Origin: Candidatus Omnitrophota bacterium
Lineage (GTDB): Bacteria > Omnitrophota > Gorgyraeia > Zapsychrales > Zapsychraceae
Reading direction: 5' to 3'
DNA: 64,000 bases
Assembly (NCBI GenBank): GCA_029261065.1
Contig: JAJDCB010000011.1
Location: 175,168 to 239,167, forward strand
Below, piece by piece: positions 39,666 through 48,196 of this stretch. The notes beneath the pieces were generated by a model, which was not told the origin of the DNA, made no database searches, and saw nothing but the letters and a program-made list of their open reading frames with translations. Numbering within the stretch: the first letter of the stretch is position 1; each line of letters opens with the position of its first letter. The position numbers were made by a program, and so were the translations under genes.

Positions 39666-40475
39666 ATGAAAAAAAATATTTTTATAGTTTTATTAATTTT
39701 AGTGATAAGTGGAATTGCAAATCTTGCACAGGCTCAGATCTTAATGGAGAAAAGCAAGGTTAACTTGACAGTTGCACCTGGTGAAACTGTTGTTGATCAT
39801 ATCAATCTCCATAATACAGGTGAAATCACAAAATCTATTAAAATCTACTGGGAAGATTTTGAATATATTCATCCCTTTAATGGAAAAAAGACTTTTTTAC
39901 CACCTGGAACGTCACAATATTCTATGAGCGATTGGATTACTTATGCCCCAATAGAAGTTACCATCCCCCCGAAATCTAAGAAAAAAATTGATTTTACAAT
40001 TAATGTGCCTATCGATGCTGTTGGAGGTCATTACGGTGTTCTTTTTTTTGAAGATATACCAACGGGTGGAACAGGTAGTAATGTTGGTGTTAGCATTATT
40101 ACCAGATTGGGATCTTTGTTTTATATTGATTCTACAAATAAAGATAAGTCAGCAACGATCGAGGATATCAAAGTTTACGATGATGAATTTGTTGGGAAGT
40201 TTTTGAATCAAGGTAATATTTTTATGATTCCGAAAGGTGTCTATTACGTGATGGACAAAGATGGCTTGGTTGTTACTCGAGGAGAGGTTGGTAAGATCTA
40301 TTTGCCTCCTTCAGCGAAGACTTCTTTTTCTGTGTCTTTAGCAGACGTTAAGCGTCCAGGTGAGTATATGCTTGTTCTGACATTTGATTTAGATGAGGGG
40401 GATAGTGTTGTTAGTGAAATAGATTTTTTAATAAATCAGGATCGATCGCTTCATATTCATCAAGTAAGAAATTAA
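39666..40475 (+). CDS. Putative pilus chaperone (PapD/DUF916-like Ig folds)
   Basis: V.PGE, L.NTG, DWI..P, GGHYGVLFFE, N.GN. Confidence 0.65.
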   Translation: MKKNIFIVLLILVISGIANLAQAQILMEKSKVNLTVAPGETVVDHINLHNTGEITKSIKIYWEDFEYIHPFNGKKTFLPPGTSQYSMSDWITYAPIEVTIPPKSKKKIDFTINVPIDAVGGHYGVLFFEDIPTGGTGSNVGVSIITRLGSLFYIDSTNKDKSATIEDIKVYDDEFVGKFLNQGNIFMIPKGVYYVMDKDGLVVTRGEVGKIYLPPSAKTSFSVSLADVKRPGEYMLVLTFDLDEGDSVVSEIDFLINQDRSLHIHQVRN

Positions 40476-40595
40476 GCTTGAGCATTTGTTTCCTAAGCTA
40501 AATAAAGAAATGTAATGATAATTTTTATTCAAGGACCAAATTGATGCTCAAAGGAAAATTAAGATTAGTAACTGTATGTTGTAATTTGTTTCGTT

Positions 40596-43500
40596 ATGAA
40601 AAAAAATATTTGGCCTATTCATATAATTTTAATTTTATTATTGGTTTTTCAGCCTACTTTGGTTTGGGCGCAAAACCCAAGCACCTACCAGCTCTATCTT
40701 CAGTTAGGTAAATATGCTTTAAGAGATGACAACTTTGAAAAAGCTTATTTTTATATGCAAGCCGCTTACATGTCCGACCCCAAGCGACCTGAAGCGCAAC
40801 GGTATTTAGAGCGAATTCCTAATTTCCCCGATTATCAATATTCTTATTCTCATTATATGGCATTAGCTTATGACGCCTTAGATGCAAGCCGCTTTCATTT
40901 GGCGTATCTTTATTTTGATGCTGCGCATAACGTCAATCCTTCAGCTTATGAGCCTTTGGAAAACATTAAACGTTTAAGTTTATTTCGTTCTCCTAGAAAA
41001 GGTAAGAAACGTAAGAAGATAGTTAAAAGAAGTCGTCCCATAAAGCGAACTAAAAAAATTGTACAAAAAACTAAATCTTTTCCGATTCTACCTAAGAAAG
41101 AAATTCGTGTGGAATCTTCTGTGGATACCAAAAAGAGTGTTAGGACATATAGTAAACCCAAAGAAGTAGAGAAGACACCATCGTCTAGGGCAGAGGAGAT
41201 AACAAGATCTCAAACAGTTGAAAAAGAGTTTCAAAAAGATAAAACGTCTCCTCTTATAAAGAGTAAAATAACATTTAGTGTAAATGAGGATTTGAAAGTT
41301 GCTGAGACACTTCTCTTAAGCGATGAGTTGTGGGACGCTCGATCAACAAAAACGATTGAGATCGAAATCGGTCATTCTGTTATCTTGGAAGGTCAGAATA
41401 TCGAACGGTACTTAGTTATTACCCAGGGCATGATTGAGGTTTCTCGTCTTGATCGTAATCGTATAGAGATTCAAAGTTTAAAACGGGGCTCCACACTCTT
41501 TCATGTGTGGGATGATAGGGGGCGGTGGACTTTTAATATTGTGGGCACGTTGCCTGAAAAGATTGTTAATGAAAGGGCGGAGAAAGAAAAACAGATTGAA
41601 GAACATACAGAGAATTTTAGGTTTGGTTATTCTAATAATTGGGATACTTTTTATGTAGGTGATAGTGTCAAAAATTTAGAGCAAGAAAGTTTGTTCTTTA
41701 GGCAATGGTTGGGTATTTATGGGCCGACACCTTATGGCTATTTTGACGGTTCTGTTAACTATTTCAAATTTAAAGAATCAACGGAGCTTGTTGGTCAGAC
41801 ATTTGGTTTAACAGATGCGCAGATAGGGCCTTTTAAAGATTTCTCTCTTCGTGGTTATGATGCAACGAAAAGGTTTTCGGAGTTATCATTGCCGGGTCGT
41901 TCTTTTCGAGGAGTGTTGTTAGATGCGTATGCTTTTCAGCGGCGTTTAAAGTATTCCCTTTTAAAAGGGCAAGATCGAGCCGTGTTTTTGACTGTTTCTC
42001 CAGGAAGTAACGAAGAGAGGAATTCATATATCGAGGGAGCTAAAGTTATTTTATTCCCTGATCAAGAAACTCAATTTTCCTTTAATTATGCCAGAGGTTA
42101 TGGAGATGAACGATTAGCATTTTTAAAGAGTAAAGTTTATTCAATTGAAGCCCAAACGAAATTCGAAAATTTATTTACGCAGGCAGAGTTAGCTTATGAT
42201 GAAGATGTTTTTGCAAGTATTATTCGCACGCGTTTGGAGCGAGAAAATTATTCGTTAAGAGTAAATTTACGAGATGTTGATAAAAATTTTCTTACGATTA
42301 CCTCGCGCTCCTCGGCTACAGGCGAAGTGGGAGGGAATATCATTTTTAATTGGGATCCTAAAGATCGAGATATTCAATTTTCAACCAATTTAGATATTTA
42401 TCGTGATCGTGAAATACCAAACGAAGACAACCCAAATGATGTCAATCTTGATTTGGGGATGTTTATTTCTAAATCTTTCTCTAAGTCGACAAAACTAAGT
42501 AGTTCGTTCTTCTTCGTGCATACCCCACAGTTAATTTCTCCGCGTGATAATTTGAGATGGAATAATACTTTATCCCATACTTTTAGAATATGGCAAGAGA
42601 AGGCTTTAACAACATTTGTTACTGCCTCGTATCAACGTAGTCGTTTTGATTTTTCCTCTTCTTCAGAGTTTGATCGTTATAGCCTACGTGCTGGATTCCG
42701 ACTTCCGTTGTTAGATGGTTTATCTTATTTTGCAAATTACGAATATTCTTGGGTGGATGAAGTGGAAACAGGAGACACCAATAGTCCTACAGTTTTTCTA
42801 ACAGGATTAAGCTACTCCAAACGTTTTCATGATCTTCTATCCGGAAGAATAAGCTTCTTCTATAGAGACGAACAGAATGCAGAGAGTGACTTAAGTTTTC
42901 TTTCAGGCCAAGACGATATCCGAACTAACTTTGGTCTCTCTTATCGACCTAATCCCGATGTGGAAGTTTTTATGGATGGAAGTTTTCGCAGTGTCTGGAG
43001 TGAGAATGAAGATCAAGCTGCCTTTAATGATGCGGATTTGCGTTTAGGGTTACGTTCCTCGTGGGATCTATTATTTCGATGGGATCCAAAAGCCAAGATT
43101 TCTGGCGTTGTGTTTAAAGATTTAGATGGGAATGGTCTTCAAAATAATGGTGAGCCTGGCATAGCAGATATATTAATTAATGTAGGGAGAAAATCGGCAA
43201 AAACTAATAAAGAAGGGAAATATGCTTCAAGCATACGAGCAAAAAAGATTGCAGTAGCGATAAATACAGGATCTATCCCACAAGGGTTTTTACTATCTAC
43301 GGATTTAGAGAAAAGCGTTGAAATTGAGCATCTTCAAAAATATAGCGTTAATTTTGGCTTAATGGCTCGCACAAGTATTTACGGTGTTGTCTTTGTTGAT
43401 AACAATAAGAATAAGGCGCTGGATCGATCAGATAAAAGGATAGCCAATGCTAAACTAACGCTTAATGGCAAGCAATCCACGCAGTCAAATGCTGATGGGA

Positions 43501-43658
43501 CATATTATTTTGAAAATATCAACCCAGGAAAGCATACCCTCGTTTTGGACGTTAATTCCCTACCTTTAAAATATCTTCCCATGATTAAAATTAAAAATAC
43601 TTTTTCAGTAAAAGAGGGAACAACCTTCACGTTGCATGTACCGCTTGAGAAAAAATAG
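40596..43658 (+). CDS. Usher-like outer-membrane protein (TPR, pilus-formation N domain, beta-strand-rich core, two SdrD-B/CarboxypepD-like domains)
   Basis: GSTLFHVWD; amphipathic strands; ISGVVFKDLDGNG...EPGI and IYGVVFVD.N.N...D. Confidence 0.65.
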   Translation: MKKNIWPIHIILILLLVFQPTLVWAQNPSTYQLYLQLGKYALRDDNFEKAYFYMQAAYMSDPKRPEAQRYLERIPNFPDYQYSYSHYMALAYDALDASRFHLAYLYFDAAHNVNPSAYEPLENIKRLSLFRSPRKGKKRKKIVKRSRPIKRTKKIVQKTKSFPILPKKEIRVESSVDTKKSVRTYSKPKEVEKTPSSRAEEITRSQTVEKEFQKDKTSPLIKSKITFSVNEDLKVAETLLLSDELWDARSTKTIEIEIGHSVILEGQNIERYLVITQGMIEVSRLDRNRIEIQSLKRGSTLFHVWDDRGRWTFNIVGTLPEKIVNERAEKEKQIEEHTENFRFGYSNNWDTFYVGDSVKNLEQESLFFRQWLGIYGPTPYGYFDGSVNYFKFKESTELVGQTFGLTDAQIGPFKDFSLRGYDATKRFSELSLPGRSFRGVLLDAYAFQRRLKYSLLKGQDRAVFLTVSPGSNEERNSYIEGAKVILFPDQETQFSFNYARGYGDERLAFLKSKVYSIEAQTKFENLFTQAELAYDEDVFASIIRTRLERENYSLRVNLRDVDKNFLTITSRSSATGEVGGNIIFNWDPKDRDIQFSTNLDIYRDREIPNEDNPNDVNLDLGMFISKSFSKSTKLSSSFFFVHTPQLISPRDNLRWNNTLSHTFRIWQEKALTTFVTASYQRSRFDFSSSSEFDRYSLRAGFRLPLLDGLSYFANYEYSWVDEVETGDTNSPTVFLTGLSYSKRFHDLLSGRISFFYRDEQNAESDLSFLSGQDDIRTNFGLSYRPNPDVEVFMDGSFRSVWSENEDQAAFNDADLRLGLRSSWDLLFRWDPKAKISGVVFKDLDGNGLQNNGEPGIADILINVGRKSAKTNKEGKYASSIRAKKIAVAINTGSIPQGFLLSTDLEKSVEIEHLQKYSVNFGLMARTSIYGVVFVDNNKNKALDRSDKRIANAKLTLNGKQSTQSNADGTYYFENINPGKHTLVLDVNSLPLKYLPMIKIKNTFSVKEGTTFTLHVPLEKK

Positions 43659-43668
43659 GAGTAATATT

Positions 43669-43908
43669 TTATTTGGGGACTATGGTAATGAGGGTAATTC
43701 TTTGATCATTTCTCCAAAGTTCTTCTGAGATGTGATCAAAATCTTCCTTTTCAAAAGATCTTTCAGAGAGAGCTGGTGTATTAAATCCAGCGATGGCAGG
43801 GATCGTGACACTAATGCGATACGTAACACTAGATGATGCCATTAAAAGAGGTGTGTTTAAAATTATTATGATAAGTGTGATTAAACATAGGTGAAGATAT
43901 CGAGACAT
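43669..43908 (-). CDS. Small secreted protein (79 aa) with a pilin-like N-terminal strand
   Basis: AAGGAG SD, TAATG overlap with the upstream gene, signal peptide, then SSSVTYRISVTIP. Confidence 0.65.
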   Translation of the reverse strand: MSRYLHLCLITLIIIILNTPLLMASSSVTYRISVTIPAIAGFNTPALSERSFEKEDFDHISEELWRNDQRITLITIVPK

Positions 43909-44288
43909 TACTGTCTCCTTATTTCTCTCTCCCCATTGAATGTATCGAGAGACAATGGAGGGAAGCCCGAAGGCAGTCTTGACCACCCGCGGGCTGGGAA
44001 GATTGAAGGTTTAAGACCTTCAATATCAAGTAAACAAATTTCCAGCCTTCTATCATCCAGCCAAAATTCATCTGAATATTTTTTCCAATCATTGTGATAA
44101 TTGGAATTACGTAATTGTTCTTTTATTTGATTGATTATTAGGTAATCGATGGGGGTAATCGAGTCATGGTCAATGACTTTAATACTCAGGGCATTTTTGG
44201 ATAGCTGCAGAGTATTTGCTGCTAACGCATAGGTTGCAACAAATTGTAGGGCGACTACAAATATGCAGATTTGGATTAATTTTTTCAT
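43908..44288 (-). CDS. Small exported hypothetical protein
   Basis: Signal peptide ending YALA; translationally coupled to 43669..43908. Confidence 0.6.
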   Translation of the reverse strand: MKKLIQICIFVVALQFVATYALAANTLQLSKNALSIKVIDHDSITPIDYLIINQIKEQLRNSNYHNDWKKYSDEFWLDDRRLEICLLDIEGLKPSIFPARGWSRLPSGFPPLSLDTFNGEREIRRQ

Positions 44289-44327
44289 CTTCGCTTCTCT
44301 TTCTTTGAGTTACCCCAAAAAAGGGGC

Positions 44328-44354
44328 AAAAAAAATACCCTCGAAAGAGAGGGC
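44328..44354 (-). terminator. Riboswitch-linked intrinsic terminator
   Basis: Minus strand GCCCTCTCTTTCGAGGGTA followed by a U-tract. Confidence 0.75.
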
Positions 44355-44394
44355 GAAGGTCAAAATTGACGGAATTCATTTTCATGAATGAATC

Positions 44395-44526
44395 ACGGCA
44401 GTCAGACAACCTTATTCCGGGGGGCCAGAATGTAGGCTCACGACTTTGTCTACGAGCGCTTTCGCGTTCATAGCCAAGTATCTTTAAGGATACTTGGGCC
44501 CTACTCTTTCGAGATAGTTTACCTTT
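44395..44526 (-). ncRNA. c-di-GMP-I (GEMM-I)-like riboswitch with an internal insertion
   Basis: Minus strand GGTAAACTATCTC-GAAA-GAGTAGGGC-[two hairpins]-GACAAAGTCGTGAGCCTACA...TAAGGTTGTCTGACTGCCG. Confidence 0.7.
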
Positions 44527-44562
44527 CAAAATTAAAAGATCGATAAGATCACTTAAATAGCG

Positions 44563-44591
44563 TTGATCTTAAGAGCTAATTGAAGTATAAC
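44563..44591 (+). promoter_or_regulatory. Putative sigma70 promoter for the ECF sigma gene
   Basis: TTGATC-N17-TATAAC. Confidence 0.45.
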
Positions 44592-44652
44592 ATAGGATAT
44601 ACCTGAAGGCAAAAATTTGGCCTTCTTCTGCCTTGAAAAATATAGGGATATT

Positions 44653-45291
44653 ATGGATAACCTAAGCTCTGCAAAGAGTTACGAAGATGATCCGGATGTG
44701 AAATTAATGTTGGAATTTCAAGCTGGGGATAAGGCTAGCTTTGAGAAGCTGATGGTTAAATATTATCCTCGTATTCTGAATTTTATCTATCGGTTTATCC
44801 CAAGTCGTGAGGTTTCAGAAGATATTGCGCAGGAGGCATTTATGCGTGTGTATAAATCTGTCCAAAGCTATCGACCACAATCAAAATTCAATACATGGCT
44901 TTTTACGATAGCTAAGAACTTAAGTCTCAATGAGTTACGAAAAAATAAAAAAAAAGGTGCTTCGTTAGATGCTCCAATTAAATCTAGTGAAGGGAGTTTT
45001 ATACGTCAAGTTGAAGATAAAAATGCTTTAAATCCATCAGATGATTTGATACAAAGTGAAGTCTCCCAAGTGGTTAAAGCCGCAATCGAAGAGCTGCCAG
45101 AAAATCAGCGTATGGCTGTGTTATTACGCCGATATGAAAACTTATCCTATGATGAAATTGCGAAAACCATGAACACCACAGCGAAAGCTGTAAAGTCTTT
45201 GCTCAGTAGGGCTAAGGAAAATTTGAAGGTTAGGTTAGCGAGTTTTAAGAAATCAGGGGATTTGCAGGAAAATCCAAATCAAAAAGGCTAG
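44653..45291 (+). CDS. ECF sigma factor (RpoE/SigW-like)
   Basis: EDIAQEAF, FNTWLFTIAKN, LPENQR, LSYDEIA..VKSLLSRA. Confidence 0.93.
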   Translation: MDNLSSAKSYEDDPDVKLMLEFQAGDKASFEKLMVKYYPRILNFIYRFIPSREVSEDIAQEAFMRVYKSVQSYRPQSKFNTWLFTIAKNLSLNELRKNKKKGASLDAPIKSSEGSFIRQVEDKNALNPSDDLIQSEVSQVVKAAIEELPENQRMAVLLRRYENLSYDEIAKTMNTTAKAVKSLLSRAKENLKVRLASFKKSGDLQENPNQKG

Positions 45292-45370
45292 ATTCTTAAC
45301 GAAACTTTTTTACCTAAATAGTGTTAAAATAGATAGAAGTTATGAAATAATTATTTGAAGGAGGGGAAAC

Positions 45371-45916
45371 ATGGATTGCCAGAATATTAGGAAGCTCATT
45401 CCAACCTATCTCGATCAAGAGCTGGATAACGAACAAACAGCGATGGTCAAAGATCATACTTCTAAATGTGTTGCCTGCCAAAAAGAGTTAAATCAATATC
45501 AAAAATCTTGGGATATGCTTGATCACCTTCAGGAGATTGAACCAGATCCCCATTATATGTCACGTTTTTGGACTAAGGTGTCTGAAGAAAAACCTTGGTA
45601 CGAAACTATTCTAGATAATATCAGGACAGGACTATTCGCAAACAAACTGATTCCAGCTTTAGCTGTAAGTTGCTTTCTCTTTGTTATGAGTTTTACTGTT
45701 TTTCAACGATATCAGTCTGCCAATATGGATCAGCAAATTCTTGAATTATCTAAGGAAGATTATGATGTGGTGAGTACTCTTGAATTGGTGGAAAATTTAG
45801 ATATCATCGAAGATATTGATTTAATTGAAGAATTGGATATTATAGATAGCTTAGATACAACTGATAATTTACAAAGTGAATTAAAAAATATTAGAAAGAG
45901 ATTGTATCATGTGTAG
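45371..45916 (+). CDS. Zinc-binding anti-sigma factor (zf-HC2) with TM helix
   Basis: MDC...YLD.EL...HTSKCVAC, then one TM segment. Confidence 0.88.
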   Translation: MDCQNIRKLIPTYLDQELDNEQTAMVKDHTSKCVACQKELNQYQKSWDMLDHLQEIEPDPHYMSRFWTKVSEEKPWYETILDNIRTGLFANKLIPALAVSCFLFVMSFTVFQRYQSANMDQQILELSKEDYDVVSTLELVENLDIIEDIDLIEELDIIDSLDTTDNLQSELKNIRKRLYHV

Positions 45917-45951
45917 AGATAAAAAATACGATGTAGAGATTGGAGAAAAAA

Positions 45952-46452
45952 ATGAATACGAAACAACTATATAAAGTTAATTTTATAACACTTATTGTGG
46001 TATGTTTTCTAGCAAACGTAGGGTTTGCTCAAGATGATATTGCCTATGAGTCTCAAGAGTTTCAGAGGTTTGTTCAAGCCAATAAAGAAAGATGGCCTGA
46101 GTTGCAAGATCGTTGGGAGAATATGGCGGAAGATGATAAAAAAAGGATGAGAGGGCGTTGGAAGAAGTGGCAGCAATTGGATGAAGGAAAAAAGGAAACG
46201 ATTAAGAAACGCCATGAAAAATTTAAAAATCTGCCGCCGGAGAAAAAGAAAGAAATTAAAGAGAAATGGAATCGGTACAAAGATTTAGATCCTCAAGAGC
46301 GAAAGAGGTTAAAGACGAAACATGAGCGTTGGAAAAATATGTCAGAAGAAGATAAGCAAAAGTTTAAGAAAAAACGTAAAAAGATGAAAAATATGACGCC
46401 AGAAGAGCGTAAGGAATTTCGTAAACAAAGAAGGAAAGACAGGCAAGATTAA
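45952..46452 (+). CDS. DUF3106-like exported helical-repeat protein
   Basis: Repeats of the W/F..L/M.PE.K type; typical ECF-cluster member. Confidence 0.8.
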   Translation: MNTKQLYKVNFITLIVVCFLANVGFAQDDIAYESQEFQRFVQANKERWPELQDRWENMAEDDKKRMRGRWKKWQQLDEGKKETIKKRHEKFKNLPPEKKKEIKEKWNRYKDLDPQERKRLKTKHERWKNMSEEDKQKFKKKRKKMKNMTPEERKEFRKQRRKDRQD

Positions 46453-46484
46453 GTCTGTTTAGAAAAACATTTATAGAAAAAATC

Positions 46485-47249
46485 ATGAAAGTAAATATAA
46501 TTTCGTACAGTTTTGTTTTATTAGTGGCATTGTTTCTTAGTGGCTACAAGACAGTTAACCTTGCTGATCTAGAGACGGCTGTTGTTAAAAAAGAATATAG
46601 TCGTGCCAAGAAAATGGCTCAGGATGTTCTAAGTCGTGAGAAGGTCTCTGCAAAACGTTTTGAAGCTAAGTATTATTTAGGCTTAGTTCATCTGGCTTTA
46701 GGCGAAAACAAAAATGCTTTAAATGTTTTTAAAGCGCTATCCTCTGAGAAATTATCTCAGCCCTTAAAAGATAAAGTTCAGTTAGCTCTATTCGATTCTT
46801 ATTATGTTCTTGAACAATATAAAGAAGCTTTAAAGTCGGTTAAAAAGCTGGGAAGAAAAAGGCGGAAGTCAGAATTTTTAAGTTTAATTTATCTAAAGGT
46901 TGCTCGCGCCAATTTGAAGTTAGCTAGATGGGATGATGCGCAGTTATATCTTAATAAAATTGTTAATGAACTTCCCAATAGTTTTGAGGCACATATTGCG
47001 CAACAGCTTTTAGGAGAAAAGCATTTTTACGCAGTACAAGTCGGAGCTTTTTTAGAACAAAAGCGAGCAGAACAACTGTCGAGGGAATTAAAACAACAGG
47101 ATGAATATGCTTATATCGTAGAAACTGTTGATCGTCAGCAACGCAAGTTTTATCGCGTTCGCGTAGGTCAAATGACAGAGTTAAGTGAAGCAAAACTTTT
47201 AAAAACCAGGTTTTCTAAACTAGGTTACCCCGCCCAAATTTATCCTTAA
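46485..47249 (+). CDS. TPR plus SPOR domain protein
   Basis: TPR-like helices; YAVQVGAF...FYRVRVG. Confidence 0.85.
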   Translation: MKVNIISYSFVLLVALFLSGYKTVNLADLETAVVKKEYSRAKKMAQDVLSREKVSAKRFEAKYYLGLVHLALGENKNALNVFKALSSEKLSQPLKDKVQLALFDSYYVLEQYKEALKSVKKLGRKRRKSEFLSLIYLKVARANLKLARWDDAQLYLNKIVNELPNSFEAHIAQQLLGEKHFYAVQVGAFLEQKRAEQLSRELKQQDEYAYIVETVDRQQRKFYRVRVGQMTELSEAKLLKTRFSKLGYPAQIYP

Positions 47250-47254
47250 TTTAA

Positions 47255-48196
47255 ATGAAGAATTCCAATAGCATTATATTTATAGTCGGACCTACTGCCG
47301 TAGGTAAGTCGAACGTTGCTTTTCATTTAGCGCAACGACTAGGTGGAGAAATTCTTTCATGTGACTCTATGCAGGTTTATAGCCAAGTTGATATTGTTTC
47401 TGATAAGCCGAGTCAAGATAGTCAAGATACCGTATCGCATCATTTGATAAATGTATTAAGCGTTGAGGAATCCTTTGATGTGGCTCAATATTATAAGTTA
47501 GCCACTGAAACGATTAAGGATATTCTTAAACGTGAAAAAGTTCCAATTGTATGTGGGGGCAGTGGTATGTATATGATGATTCTTCTAGATGGTATTTTTC
47601 AAAAGGGGGCTCGTGATGACAAATATAGAGAAGAGTTATGGCGTATAGCTAAAGAAGGGAGCCAAGGTGATCAGGTCTTGTATGACCAATTAAAGGAGGT
47701 AGATCCGCAATCCGCTTTAAAAATTCATCCGCATGATGTTAAGAAAGTTATACGTGCTTTGGAGGTTTATCATTCACAAGGAAAGCCAATTTCCCAATTG
47801 CAGCCTGAGCGTCGTGGGCTTTGGGGAGAATATGATATTCGTTTATATTGTTTAAATAGAGATCGCCAAGAGCTTTATCAAAGAATAAATACGCGTGTTG
47901 ATGAGATGTTTGAAAAGGGTTTATTGAGAGAGATAAAGAAATTAAATGATATGGATTTAAGCCTGACGGCGCAGGCAAGTATTGGCATTAAAGATTTAAA
48001 GCGTTATTTGGATAAGGAATGTTCTCTGGAGGAAGCAAAAGAAAAAATGAAGCAAAGAACGCGCAATTTTGCAAAACGTCAGTTAACATGGTTTAGAAAA
48101 GAGAGTCGATTGAAGTGGATTGACTTAAACAAAGAGGATGCACCAGAAAAGATCGCAAATGGTATTTATGACGATCTAAAGGATAATAATGACTGA
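47255..48196 (+). CDS. miaA: tRNA dimethylallyltransferase
   Basis: GPTAVGKS, DSMQVY, RALEV, AKRQLTWFR. Confidence 0.96.
   Translation: MKNSNSIIFIVGPTAVGKSNVAFHLAQRLGGEILSCDSMQVYSQVDIVSDKPSQDSQDTVSHHLINVLSVEESFDVAQYYKLATETIKDILKREKVPIVCGGSGMYMMILLDGIFQKGARDDKYREELWRIAKEGSQGDQVLYDQLKEVDPQSALKIHPHDVKKVIRALEVYHSQGKPISQLQPERRGLWGEYDIRLYCLNRDRQELYQRINTRVDEMFEKGLLREIKKLNDMDLSLTAQASIGIKDLKRYLDKECSLEEAKEKMKQRTRNFAKRQLTWFRKESRLKWIDLNKEDAPEKIANGIYDDLKDNND

Noticed and set aside
44179-44529. 116-aa minus-strand ORF
   Set aside because: It coincides with the riboswitch and terminator, and has no protein-like features
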